Source of the DNA: an uncultured Acidobacteriaceae bacterium
GTDB lineage: Bacteria; Acidobacteriota; Terriglobia; Terriglobales; Acidobacteriaceae
Direction of reading: 5' to 3'
Length of the DNA: 48,600 nt
Assembly: GCA_964247325.1 (NCBI GenBank)
Contig: CAXTTZ010000002.1
Coordinates: 1-48,600 of the forward strand
Both the position numbers and the translations under genes were made by a program. Below, piece after piece: positions 39,558 to 48,600 of this stretch. The first letter of the stretch is position 1. Each line of letters starts with the position of its first letter. The notes under the pieces are model-generated. The model was not told where the DNA came from and did not search any database. It saw only the letters and a list, made by a program, of their open reading frames with translations.

Positions 39558-40426
39558 TCAAGGAGCTTGCAATACACCCTCTAGGTAGGTGCGCAATTTA
39601 ATTGGCTCACGTCCGATGATCTGTTCGAGGGTGGAGCTCGTAGACGCAAACTCACCGGCCCTGGCCGCTCTGTAGAGCCCCATAGACATGGCGATTGCGC
39701 CATGAGGGAGCCCCATGGCGCTCAGCTGAGCCTGTTGTTCTTCGTCCGCGAGCAACTTGCGAGTGACATTTCTCTGCGTGATAGAGGAGAGCATGCGTGC
39801 GACATCCGTGAGGTCGAAGGCTTCTCTTGCTGTTAGCGGTGGCGTCGGACCCTCGAAGCTGCCCTCATTTAGAGCAATTCGTGCGTCTGCCTCGGCGAGA
39901 TCGGCATGGGTGGTCCACGCAACCTTGCCATCTTCCGCAGCGACGAGACTGCCAGTCTCGGCAGCTTTGCCGATCAGTCTTGGACGGTTGAGGCGTAAAA
40001 GCCGTGCCGCAAAGAAGTCCATCTGAGGCCTGATAAGGCCAACATCTCTTCGGTTACGGCGTGATCCCGCATCGGCGGGAAGGCAGATGTAGCACTCGCT
40101 CCCATGTGGCTGGTATACAGAACCCGCTCTACACCGGCAGACTTCGCTGCAAGAATCGCCGCCTGATGCTGCGCAAGCGGGTCGCCGCCGTAGGCACGAG
40201 CGTTGGAAGAGATAAGAAGGATCCGCGTGGCGCCCTCGAAGGCTGCCTTCAAGATTTCGGGCTGTGCGAAGTCGGCCTGTCGTACCTGAACACCTTGCAA
40301 GACGAGATCTTCAGCTTTCTCGAGATCACGCGCGCAGGCTGCGAACTGATCCTTCGATAGCAGTTTCAACAGCCGTTCCACAATTGCATGGCCCAACTGT
40401 CCCGTAGCGCCTGTGACGATAATCAT
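39558..40426 (-). pseudogene. NmrA-like/atypical SDR NAD(P)H oxidoreductase (YtfG-like), frameshifted near 39982
   Basis: IIVTGATGQLG...VLYTS...H..TE...LRHGFY in one frame and LIGKAAETG...DGKVAWTTHADLAEA in the -1 frame; one added C restores ASTVPRLIG. Confidence 0.8.
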
Positions 40427-40727
40427 GATTTCTCTTCCCTTTCACTCGTTGGGCAGATCTCGTTAGGGAAAGCGGTCTTACGCCTCTTTCCTTAGAGATC
40501 AATTTAAGCATCCGTATGCTTTTCAAGCTCGATGCCAAGCTCTTCAACGTGGCTTGCGTTCAGAACCTCGCCCCTTTCAAGCAATGGTGGTTTGAAAGCG
40601 TGTTATCGGCATGATGCGGATTCACCTCTGTGGATAGCTATGAGGCATAAACGAAAGGAGCAGTACATCAGCCCCCAAGTATGCTCCGTGGCCTCTTTGA
40701 ATTGTTTCGTGAGCACTCCAAAATATC

Positions 40728-40743
40728 CGTACATTGGTGTACG
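40728..40743. promoter_or_regulatory. Palindrome upstream of the monooxygenase operon
   Basis: CGTACA-TTGG-TGTACG in an AT-rich promoter region; half-site shared with the 38259 operator. Confidence 0.4.
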
Positions 40744-40825
40744 TTTATATTGTATACTGGTTCACAAGATGGAAAGCAAGGAGCGGAGAGTGAGTCTGTG
40801 TCGCCCAATGCCCAGAGGATAAGAC

Positions 40826-41977
40826 ATGAAAACCACAGCAGGACTGAGAACAGAGGGAACAATCGCTATCGTCGGTGCAGGCCCTGCCGGGTTAACGCTG
40901 GCCCGCATCTTGAACCGTGATGGTTTCAACGTGAAGGTGTACGAACGCGATGCATCTTCGACCGCGCGCTCGCAAGGTGGCAGTCTGGACCTTCGGCCCG
41001 ACTCCGGCCAACAGGCAATCACCGCAGCGGGGCTTATGGAAGAGTTCACACGTCATTCCAGGAGCGAAGCCAGTGCCTTCAGATTAATCGACTCGCAAGG
41101 CGTTGAGGACCCGGAAGCCGGCCAGGAGACGCATGAGGACGCGGGCCCGGAGATCGACCGCGGTGACCTTCGCCAACTCCTAATCGATGCGCTGCCCGTG
41201 GGGACGATCGCCTGGGGTCATACCCTGAAGACTGTGACTAAGGCTGATGGCGACCGCTGGACGCTAAGCTTCGAACATCAGGAAACCGTCACTGCGGACC
41301 TGGTCGTGGGCGCTGACGGCATCGGGTCGAAGGTCCGGAAGCAACTGACATCTGAACAACCTCGCTATACCGGCATCACGATGCTGGCAGGCAACATCCG
41401 CAAAGACCTTTGGCGCGGATCAAAGATTTCCGACATGCTCGGTGAAGGCTCGGTCATGTTCGCTGGAGAAGAAAAGACAATCTTTGTGCAGCGCTTCAAT
41501 CGCGATCTCATTTTGCTGTACTACTCCATGAAGGTACAGGAGAGCTGGCCTGCTTCCAGTAGTTTCGAGTTAACGGACAAACCCGCCGTGCTGACAAGCA
41601 TCAAGGAAGCGTTTAGGGACTGGTCTCCCACACTGCTCGATATGCTGACGGAAGTCGAAGACAACTTCGTGCGTTGGCCTGTCTCCGTCATGCCCCCCGA
41701 CTGCGGATGGCAGACCCAGCCCGGCTTGACGATGATTGGTGATGCCGCGCACGTCATGCCGCCTTTCACGGGCAAAGGCGTAAATCTCGCACTTTATGAC
41801 GCCCTGCAGCTCGCGCAGGCGTTAACCACGAACCCAGCAGCCGAGGTGAACCAGACCATTGCTGAGTTTGAGAAGACGATGCAGGACCGCACTCGCAAGG
41901 AAATAGGCGAATGCCTCGGCGTCGGCGAACACTTTTACGGTCTGCACATGGACTTCTCAGAGATAACTTCCGCATAG
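40826..41977 (+). CDS. FAD-dependent monooxygenase, Tet(X)-like group A flavoprotein
   Basis: GAGPAG, YERD...GGSLDL, PEIDRGDLR, VVGADGIGS, IGDAAHVMPPFTGKGVN. Confidence 0.88.
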   Translation: MKTTAGLRTEGTIAIVGAGPAGLTLARILNRDGFNVKVYERDASSTARSQGGSLDLRPDSGQQAITAAGLMEEFTRHSRSEASAFRLIDSQGVEDPEAGQETHEDAGPEIDRGDLRQLLIDALPVGTIAWGHTLKTVTKADGDRWTLSFEHQETVTADLVVGADGIGSKVRKQLTSEQPRYTGITMLAGNIRKDLWRGSKISDMLGEGSVMFAGEEKTIFVQRFNRDLILLYYSMKVQESWPASSSFELTDKPAVLTSIKEAFRDWSPTLLDMLTEVEDNFVRWPVSVMPPDCGWQTQPGLTMIGDAAHVMPPFTGKGVNLALYDALQLAQALTTNPAAEVNQTIAEFEKTMQDRTRKEIGECLGVGEHFYGLHMDFSEITSA

Positions 41978-41994
41978 CCCAGAAAGGTGCAGCC

Positions 41995-42458
41995 ACGAAT
42001 TCGCAAACTTCCCCAGCAGTCGACCTGGCTTCGCTGATGGATGCCATGTACCGTTTCGGCACCGGTGTCGATCAGGGAGACACTGGCTTGCTGGCGTCGG
42101 CCTTCCATGTATCGGCCGTCATTGACTTCACCCCTTGCGGCCGCAAACTCGGACTGGACTTCCCGGTTTTGACTGGAAAAGATTTCGATCGTAGGTCTTC
42201 TGGGTTCGGCTCACCTGACGCAGCAGACGAGCCATGTCATCACAAACGGCCGAGCCGAACAGACTAAGAACTCGGCCGAGCTTCAGGTACTTGGTTGAAG
42301 CCACACACCTGCTCCTTGCCGAACCCACAAGGCGCTTTCGGATGATGAACTGGTACACCGTTCAGCTAGAGCGAAGCGAGAGCTGTTGGACCATTCACCA
42401 TCTTTCCATCGACAACATTTGGTTCGATGGTGATCCGCAGGTGCTGCTTGGCAAGTAA
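41995..42458 (+). pseudogene. SnoaL/NTF2-like protein, decayed (ACG at expected start, two frameshifts)
   Basis: DAMYRFGTGVDQGD..AF..AVIDF, then a shifted frame QQTSHVITNGRA, then a second shift to VEATH..MNWY..W.I..L.IDNIWFDGDPQVL; indels near 42183 and 42290. Confidence 0.75.
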
Positions 42459-42491
42459 TCAGAATACAGCTCCGCAACTTCGAGCGATCCG

Positions 42492-42956
42492 TTGCAATTG
42501 GTTCATGAGTTCACCTGCCATGTAGCTTGTGGCGCGCCGCACGACGTCGGTAAGGGTCCTCTCGGGCACAGGCATTACTATTCCATGACTACCGGGACTG
42601 TAACCGGACCGAGGCTGAACGGGGCGCTTCTCGGGGAGGGAGGAGACTGGATGCTGACTTCACCGGATGGCTTTATGCGCATGAATGTGCGCATTCAGAT
42701 TCAAACCACCGATGGCGCGGTGTTGTGCGCACACTACTTCGGTTTAGCAGAAACAACCTCCTCGATGATCGAAGCTACAACACAGTGCAAGGAAACCTCA
42801 TTCACCGACCAGTCCATCCGCAGCCACTGGCTTCTTGAATCCGGAGCCGAGCAGTACGCGTGGGTCAACCAGGCTGTCTTCGTTGGTGCAGGACGAGTGC
42901 TGCCGTTCGCCCCGGGCGTGCTCGGCTTCGAGCATAGGGTTTATCGAGTGGCTTAG
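42492..42956 (+). CDS. DUF3237 family protein
   Basis: VGKGPLGHR, GTVTGPRLNG, GGDW, IQTTDGAVL, QYAWVNQAVFVGAG, HRVYRV; TTG start. Confidence 0.82.
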   Translation: MQLVHEFTCHVACGAPHDVGKGPLGHRHYYSMTTGTVTGPRLNGALLGEGGDWMLTSPDGFMRMNVRIQIQTTDGAVLCAHYFGLAETTSSMIEATTQCKETSFTDQSIRSHWLLESGAEQYAWVNQAVFVGAGRVLPFAPGVLGFEHRVYRVA

Positions 42957-42972
42957 CAGCGAGAGCATTGCT

Positions 42973-43503
42973 TCAAGCCGGTCCGAGTCCAGTCATGAGC
43001 AAGTTGAATCGATGCTCGAAACCGGATTTCGGATCGACTGCGCCGTCCAGGCGAGAATGCGAAGACAACATGCGGCACACAATCAGGATGTCCGTCCCGG
43101 TAATCTTCCGGTCGATCAACTTCTTTTTCTGCGCGGCAGCCAGATATGGGTTAATCACTTCGATCATGCGGGCTTCGTTTTTGCCCTTGTCATAGTCGTG
43201 CATATCCGCCAAGCTGATGAGGAACTTATCGCACACGCGCATCAGCTCGGCAAAAAGACGAATAAAAGCTAACGGCTCTTTCTTGCTTTCGATCGTAAGA
43301 GCATCGGCAAGCTCGTTCAGATCGTTCTCAAGCACCGCCTCATAAATTGCCTGTCGATCCGCGAAATTCCGATAGAGCGTTCCACGTGTGACGCCCGCCC
43401 GTTCGGCAATCATCTCCATGGGCACGTCACCGCCCATGGTCCGCATGATTTCGCTGGCGGCCGTGATGAGCTGCTGTCGGTTTTTTCGTGCATCGCTACG
43501 CAT
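42973..43503 (-). CDS. TetR/AcrR family regulator
   Basis: MRSDARKNRQQLITAA, IAERAGVTRGTLYRNFADR. Confidence 0.9.
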   Translation of the reverse strand: MRSDARKNRQQLITAASEIMRTMGGDVPMEMIAERAGVTRGTLYRNFADRQAIYEAVLENDLNELADALTIESKKEPLAFIRLFAELMRVCDKFLISLADMHDYDKGKNEARMIEVINPYLAAAQKKKLIDRKITGTDILIVCRMLSSHSRLDGAVDPKSGFEHRFNLLMTGLGPA

Positions 43504-43732
43504 GGCTCTTGTGACTATGACCGCTTTGCGAAACCTTGTTTGCAGAACCCTTCTTTACGGCATATTTCTTTGCCGGCACTGTGGCTCGATCCTCCGAAGA
43601 CGACACATGGGCGACCACTGACGCTGCCAGCTTCCGCGCTTCAGCCGTGGTGAACATGCTGGGAGACTTGAGAACGTTCTGTGCGAGCTTCTCGATCTTG
43701 GGTGACCTGATCGCTGCGGGAGCTTTGGGCAT
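43496..43732 (-). CDS. Small basic hypothetical protein overlapping the tetR start
   Basis: 78 aa, KLAQNVLKSP...EARKLAASVV; its stop overlaps the tetR ATG region by 8 nt. Confidence 0.45.
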   Translation of the reverse strand: MPKAPAAIRSPKIEKLAQNVLKSPSMFTTAEARKLAASVVAHVSSSEDRATVPAKKYAVKKGSANKVSQSGHSHKSHA

Positions 43733-43799
43733 TTCTAGATTTTACTTGCGTACGAGCACAGTTTTCGCTGAGGTCTAGAGATCGTTCGGCTATGAAGAT

Positions 43800-44195
43800 C
43801 GAAGGGCTGCCGCTCTGTCACGTTCACGTTGTCGTACGCGCCGCCCCTCGGCTGTCACGACTCCCAGATCATAAAAAGGGGGTACATCGATCGCTGACGG
43901 CAGCATCGATGCCGAGGCCGTGGTCGCAGAAGGGCCACAATACCCACGCCAACGTTACCCGCGGCAAGCAAATGGGGTCGCTGTCGTCATCCCTTTGCGC
44001 CGCTCCTGATAAGCCGACCCAACCACGACCGATCGCTTTATCGTCAGCGCAAACGCATCGAACGCTGCTTCAGCCACCTCAAGCAGTTCCGTCGGCTCGC
44101 CACCCGCTACTGCCGACTCCGCTGCTCGTTCTAGGCAACCGTCGCCATCACCTGCGCCGTCATCCACCTCAGGCAATACGTCGACGTAGCCGTAA
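43800..44195 (+). mobile_element. IS5-family (IS427-group-like) transposase C-terminal remnant
   Basis: From 44039: YRQRKRIERCFSHLKQFRRLATRY...F*, the Y-x2-R-x3-E-x6-K-type signature with an internal stop; upstream VAVVIP fragment in a broken frame. Boundaries approximate. Confidence 0.75.
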
Positions 44196-44442
44196 GCTGC
44201 AGTGCAGAGATCTGCATCAGTTTGTCATCGCCTGTCGCTATTACGGCAGGTTCCTTGATTTCGCAAACCTTTTGAGAAGTTCGCAAGTTTCTGAAGCGCT
44301 TAGATACGGGCATAATGCAGCGTGCATCCATGCACCCTGCCACCCCAGCCGGCGATAGCCAACAAGGATGACAGGGCAAACATGAAAGTTTCAACGATGC
44401 GTTTCCATACATCGCTTTGTTCACCGGTCGGCGGTTCTGGTT

Positions 44443-47400
44443 TTACCAGTACACCTTCGCGGAGAGCTGGATTTGACGGGGCAGGTTGCTCTGTCCGCCC
44501 GGCTTGAACACTTCGCCAAAGGTTGAGTTCTGTGGATTATTGTCGAATTGCTGTTGGAAGAGGGGGTGATTGAGCACATTAAACCCCTCGATGCGTGTTT
44601 GCAGGTTGATTCCCTCCGCAATCGCAAAGTTCTTCGAAAAGTTTACGTCGAACTGATGACTGGGATTTAGACGAATGCCGCTATACGTGACGTTTTGACC
44701 GGGTGCATAGCCGGGCCGCTGAACGAAGTCGGGCGTGTTGTTGCATACTGGCAGTGGTATTTTGCCTTTGCCGTCTACAGACTGCACCCAGGAATGCGAG
44801 CCGTCGTTCGCGGTGGTTTGCGTGCAGGCCCGCACACCGACAATGGTCAGGTTGTCCGCCGTGGTGTGCCGCGGCACATAGGATGGACCGACCCAGTCAT
44901 ACCCTCCCGGAACTGCCCACGGGGCGCCCGTCTGGTAGATGTAGAGACTTCCCAGTTCCCAGCCACCAATCGCCCCGTCGACGATGCGATTGGTTTTGCC
45001 AAGGAACTGACGCCCACGACCGACCGGTAGGAAATATACGCCCGAAATAGTGACGCGGGTAGGCGGAGTGTTTGGATCAAGAGCGCGGTACGGGATACCA
45101 TAGACTTGATCCGTCCAGCCACCCGACATCATCTGCTTGGCCCATGTGTAGGTTCCGTGCAGCGTGAGACCGCCGTTGATGCGGTGAACGGCCGTTACCT
45201 GCAACGCGTTGTAGGTGGACGCCCCGGTGTTCATGTTGGTCTCAGTGATATCGCCGAACGCCGGAAAGGGTCTGGCTAGATTGCCCTGCTGGATCGTTGA
45301 GGCGGAGTAATACCCGGTTCCGTTGAAGGCCGCTACGTTGTAGAACGGATTGGCCGCCCAATTTGACGAGTTGCTGCAAAGGTCCTCATTGCCGCCCGCG
45401 TACACGTTGCAGGCCTGGTAGGCAGCCAGAGGCCACGGATTAATGTTGTAGCTGGTGTCGTTATTGTAGGTGTGGCTTCCCGCGTAGCTCACCTCAAGCG
45501 TGTCGGCTTTCAGGAACTGCCGCTCGAAACCGAAGGAGTACGTCATGAAGCCTGGCTGCTTGTAGTGCGGGTTGACGAAGGAAAAGCCGTTACCGATCCC
45601 TGTCATCAGGCCCAACGAAGCACCGGTAGGCTGCACAACCGTCGGGAACGGATTGGAGGCGTTCATCAGCGGCGTCTTGCCGCCGTCGTTAGTGGCAACA
45701 TAGCTGGTGCTTGCAGAAAAGCCATACATTCCGTTTGTCGGTTCGGAGTTACGGAACATGATCCCGTAGCCGCCGCGCAGCACCGTTCTGTTATCCAGGG
45801 CATAGGCGAAGCCGACGCGGGGTTGAATCGCGCCCAGGTAGAGGGAGTAGGGTGTGGTTGGATTGCCGTTCACGCCCGCGTAGGTGATGCCGCCCTTGAT
45901 CGGACCCAAACCAGGAGCAACGGCACGATTGATCATGCTATTCACCGGGTTGACTGCGGTGGTATTAAACACGTACTGCTGCTTGTTGTGCCGTTCGGTC
46001 TGAGGGGTAGAAAGATCCCACCGCGCACCCAGATTTAGCGTGAGCTTCGGGGTGACCTTCCAGTCGTCTTGAACAAACGGAGCGTAATAGTGATACGACA
46101 TGAAGTTGGTTGGCACAATATTTGTGCTGCCGTTGCTGAAGGTTCCCGTCTCCATCGAGGCCACGGAGTTGCCGCTGTAAACGTTCCACTGGCCTTCCTG
46201 GTAGTTCGACTGCGTCCACCAACGATCCGTCCAGAAGGTGGGACCCTGACCGTTTTGCACAGAAGCGTTCTGAGCCAGCCGGAGATCCAGGCCGGAGTGG
46301 ATGGAATGTTTACCCTTTGTCCAGGAGATGGTGGGCAGTAGACCTAGAAGGTTATGCACCTCTTCGCTGGGGCCGCCATTGCCGATCGAAGTGAACTCGT
46401 TGGGAGTGAATGAGGGCAGGTGATTCGCGCCTTGCCCGAGCTGGGCGATCAGCGCGGGCGAGAAGCCAATGGTCGACGTGTCGAAACCCTGCGGTCCGTC
46501 ATGCCAGAAATCGACCCGGACGTTTACCGTTCCACGAACGTCAAAGACCAGTTTCGGCGTGAAGGTATGCGTGTAGTCGGTGGCATACGTTTCGCTGCGC
46601 TCACCATGGGGCAAAGCTCCTTCGGCAGCCGCGCCGGTAAAGCCGTTGTTGGAACGGATCTCCTGGCGCTCCCAGTAACCGAAGCGCAAGTTGAACCGGT
46701 CATTGGGACCGAAGACCTCGTCCCACTTCGCGAGCACGTTGCGGTAGTTATCTGTGGTCGGAACCGCAACCTCGTAGTTGTTCGCAAACGGGTTCTGTCC
46801 CGCGGGCGGCGTTACGTTGGGCTTGGGGTACAGGCTTAAGACAGCCTTTGCGGTCGGATTGATCCGCGAAGCGGGGATGATGTTCCCGGGAAAGGGATCA
46901 CGCACCAGGTTTCCTTTCGCATCGGCATGCAGCGTCAGCGGATCGTAGATCGTCATCGGCGCGAGTTGCGATCCGGTCCAATACTGGAGGTTGCTGAAGT
47001 CCCCGTTGATCCAGGCAGGATCAGGAACCGACTCCGTAATTGTGTTGGGCACCACCTCTTTCCATCGCTCATACTGCAGCACAAAGAAGGATTTGTTTCT
47101 GCCGTCGTAGACCTTTGGCACAAAGACCGGACCGTCCAGCTCGGCACCGTACTGATCCTGCGTATGTTTTGGTTTGGCGATGTTTTGGCCTTGCGAACGG
47201 TAGTAATCGTTGCTCCATAGATCGGCGTCAAGCCACGAGCGGCGTGCATACTCGTACACGTCGCCGTGAAGGCGATTGGTGCCGGATTTGAGCACCACAT
47301 CTTCCACGCCACCCTGCGCGCGCCCGTACTGCGCATCGTAGGGGTTGGCCACGATCCTGAACTCCTGCACGGCATCGACGGGAGGGACGTACCCGATGCT

Positions 47401-48099
47401 GCCGTTGCCGCGGGGAGATTCATTCGTTACGCCATCCATTAACAGCGCCGTGTTGCCGGCTCCGCCACCGTTGATGGAGAGATTGGCCTGGGTATCGTCA
47501 AAAGGTCGCTGCCATTGCAGTGCCCCGCTCCAGGTAGCGCCCGCGGTCAGCTGCGAAAGCATACCGGGATCGCGTCCGTTCAGGGGGAGCTCCGTCACGC
47601 GCGTGTTTTCGACGACCTCGCCACGGTCTGATTTGTCAAAATCGACAACGGCAGCGGCGTTCACGACGACTGTCTCCGACGCTGCGCCTAGCTGGAGCGC
47701 GAAGTTGACCGTGGCCGTTTGGCCGACCTCCAGCGTGACACCCGTGCGGACCGTCTCTGCAAATCCGGGCGCCGACGCCCTGATCTGGTAGGTGCCGACC
47801 TTCAGGTACGGAATACTGTAATCTCCCGTCCCTGTTGCTGCTGTTTTCGTGTCCACGTTGGTTTCAACGTTGTGCACAACGATGCTGGCCTGCGGAACAA
47901 TGGCGCCGGTCTGATCCGTCACCCGGCCTGTAAACGCCTGACTCCAGGCACGGGTCGAGCTAAGCCCGGCCAGAGCTAGAACCAGCAAGGGGAGTGTGAT
48001 GCTCGTTTTGTGCTTACTTTGGGACGGGATACTGTCTGCCTCTACGAGCGGAGGGCTGCATGGGCCGGCTTCCGTGTGTGTCTTGGGAATGTGCTTCAT
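44443..48099 (-). CDS. TonB-dependent receptor, Oar-like with N-terminal carboxypeptidase-regulatory domain
   Basis: Signal AWS-Q, FTGRVTDQTGA, ELPLNGR, MDGVTN, DAVQEFRI, YDAQYGR, KSGTNRLHG, FVQDDWKVTPKLTLNLGARW, PRQIQLSAKVYW. Confidence 0.93.
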   Translation of the reverse strand: MKHIPKTHTEAGPCSPPLVEADSIPSQSKHKTSITLPLLVLALAGLSSTRAWSQAFTGRVTDQTGAIVPQASIVVHNVETNVDTKTAATGTGDYSIPYLKVGTYQIRASAPGFAETVRTGVTLEVGQTATVNFALQLGAASETVVVNAAAVVDFDKSDRGEVVENTRVTELPLNGRDPGMLSQLTAGATWSGALQWQRPFDDTQANLSINGGGAGNTALLMDGVTNESPRGNGSIGYVPPVDAVQEFRIVANPYDAQYGRAQGGVEDVVLKSGTNRLHGDVYEYARRSWLDADLWSNDYYRSQGQNIAKPKHTQDQYGAELDGPVFVPKVYDGRNKSFFVLQYERWKEVVPNTITESVPDPAWINGDFSNLQYWTGSQLAPMTIYDPLTLHADAKGNLVRDPFPGNIIPASRINPTAKAVLSLYPKPNVTPPAGQNPFANNYEVAVPTTDNYRNVLAKWDEVFGPNDRFNLRFGYWERQEIRSNNGFTGAAAEGALPHGERSETYATDYTHTFTPKLVFDVRGTVNVRVDFWHDGPQGFDTSTIGFSPALIAQLGQGANHLPSFTPNEFTSIGNGGPSEEVHNLLGLLPTISWTKGKHSIHSGLDLRLAQNASVQNGQGPTFWTDRWWTQSNYQEGQWNVYSGNSVASMETGTFSNGSTNIVPTNFMSYHYYAPFVQDDWKVTPKLTLNLGARWDLSTPQTERHNKQQYVFNTTAVNPVNSMINRAVAPGLGPIKGGITYAGVNGNPTTPYSLYLGAIQPRVGFAYALDNRTVLRGGYGIMFRNSEPTNGMYGFSASTSYVATNDGGKTPLMNASNPFPTVVQPTGASLGLMTGIGNGFSFVNPHYKQPGFMTYSFGFERQFLKADTLEVSYAGSHTYNNDTSYNINPWPLAAYQACNVYAGGNEDLCSNSSNWAANPFYNVAAFNGTGYYSASTIQQGNLARPFPAFGDITETNMNTGASTYNALQVTAVHRINGGLTLHGTYTWAKQMMSGGWTDQVYGIPYRALDPNTPPTRVTISGVYFLPVGRGRQFLGKTNRIVDGAIGGWELGSLYIYQTGAPWAVPGGYDWVGPSYVPRHTTADNLTIVGVRACTQTTANDGSHSWVQSVDGKGKIPLPVCNNTPDFVQRPGYAPGQNVTYSGIRLNPSHQFDVNFSKNFAIAEGINLQTRIEGFNVLNHPLFQQQFDNNPQNSTFGEVFKPGGQSNLPRQIQLSAKVYW

Positions 48100-48511
48100 T
48101 ACTTTGATGACCTCACAAAAATTCTGCTGACGCCCACTCCGTGGAGTGTTTCGGCACCTTGAAAGGGTTAGTGGCTTTAGCGGAGAGAAGTGTAGAAACC
48201 ACGCTGGAGAGTTGACATCGCCAGGAAGATTACTTTTCGCGTACGTCTTTTGGGTGATGCGAAGTAACCTATGGCCCAGCCCCATGCGCAGCCGGCAGCC
48301 TAGAATTCCCTCACAATGAGGCGATCATTTAGCACGATGTGTTGTAGACAAGTTTTGGGCGTCCGATCCCTATCAACAGCAAGGCGTAAGGAACCACATG
48401 CCCCCGCAGCCAGCGAGCATGCGTCCTTCGCGTCGCCCTGCGATGTCGAAAGGCTGTCCGAGCATGTACGGCACTGGATGAGCTTGGGCTTGGTTACGCC
48501 TGCCTCAGGAG

Positions 48512-48586
48512 TGGTGGCCAGAGACGGGATCGAACCGCCGACGCCGGCCTTTTCAGGGCCGCGCTCTACCACTGAGCTATCTGGCC
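48512..48586 (-). tRNA. tRNA-Phe(GAA)
   Basis: GGCCAGA-TA-GCTC-AGTGGTA-GAGC-G-CGGCC-CTGAAAA-GGCCG-GCGTC-GGCGG-TTCGATC-CCGTC-TCTGGCC-ACCA. Confidence 0.97.
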
Positions 48587-48600
48587 TTCCGCGAGGAAGT

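Larger units (their letters stand above)
36392..48511. mobile_element. Decayed genomic island/variable region between the 3' ends of tRNA-Arg and tRNA-Phe
   Basis: Composition shifts right after the tRNA-Arg CCA; contains accessory redox and regulatory genes, pseudogenes and an IS remnant; no integrase seen. Confidence 0.5.

Noticed and set aside
40430-40720. Possible regulator remnant upstream of the NmrA-like gene
   Set aside because: No frame gave a convincing HTH or other motif.
43955-44176. 73-aa - strand ORF MPEVDDGAGDG... and overlapping 43792..44358 ORF
   Set aside because: Antisense and off-frame readings of the IS5 transposase remnant.
48300-48572. 90-aa - strand ORF
   Set aside because: Begins inside tRNA-Phe; spurious.

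Overview
Chromosomal window from a GC-rich bacterium, most likely Acidobacteriota (Acidobacteriaceae-like), judging by the TIGR03435-type protein, VWA-related protein, Oar-type TonB receptor and GTCAT...ATGAC palindromic repeat. Housekeeping content: MsbA-like ABC exporter (truncated at the left edge), an M24 peptidase-accB-accC block, a Wzi/Ugd/Uxs/Wzc/Wza/glycosyltransferase exopolysaccharide locus, CIRCE-controlled groES-groEL, a cobalamin riboswitch-controlled TonB receptor, qor, and tRNA-Arg(CCT) and tRNA-Phe(GAA). Three accessory, more AT-rich segments stand out. (1) About 1.9-5.4 kb: an unannotated, translationally coupled four-gene operon made of a stand-alone gp5/VgrG-type beta-helix 'spike' protein, a 2-TM membrane protein and two mutually paralogous unknown proteins, plus a convergent, broken second copy of the membrane gene. 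This is the best candidate for an undescribed system. (2) An orphan HNH-type nuclease gene after groEL. (3) A ~12 kb decaying island between the two tRNAs carrying a Tet(X)-like flavin monooxygenase, two TetR regulators, several pseudogenes, an IS5 remnant and a large TonB receptor. The tRNA-Arg(CCT) carries a compensatory flip of the conserved G19-C56 elbow pair (C19-G56). All family assignments come from motif recognition by eye, not database searches.
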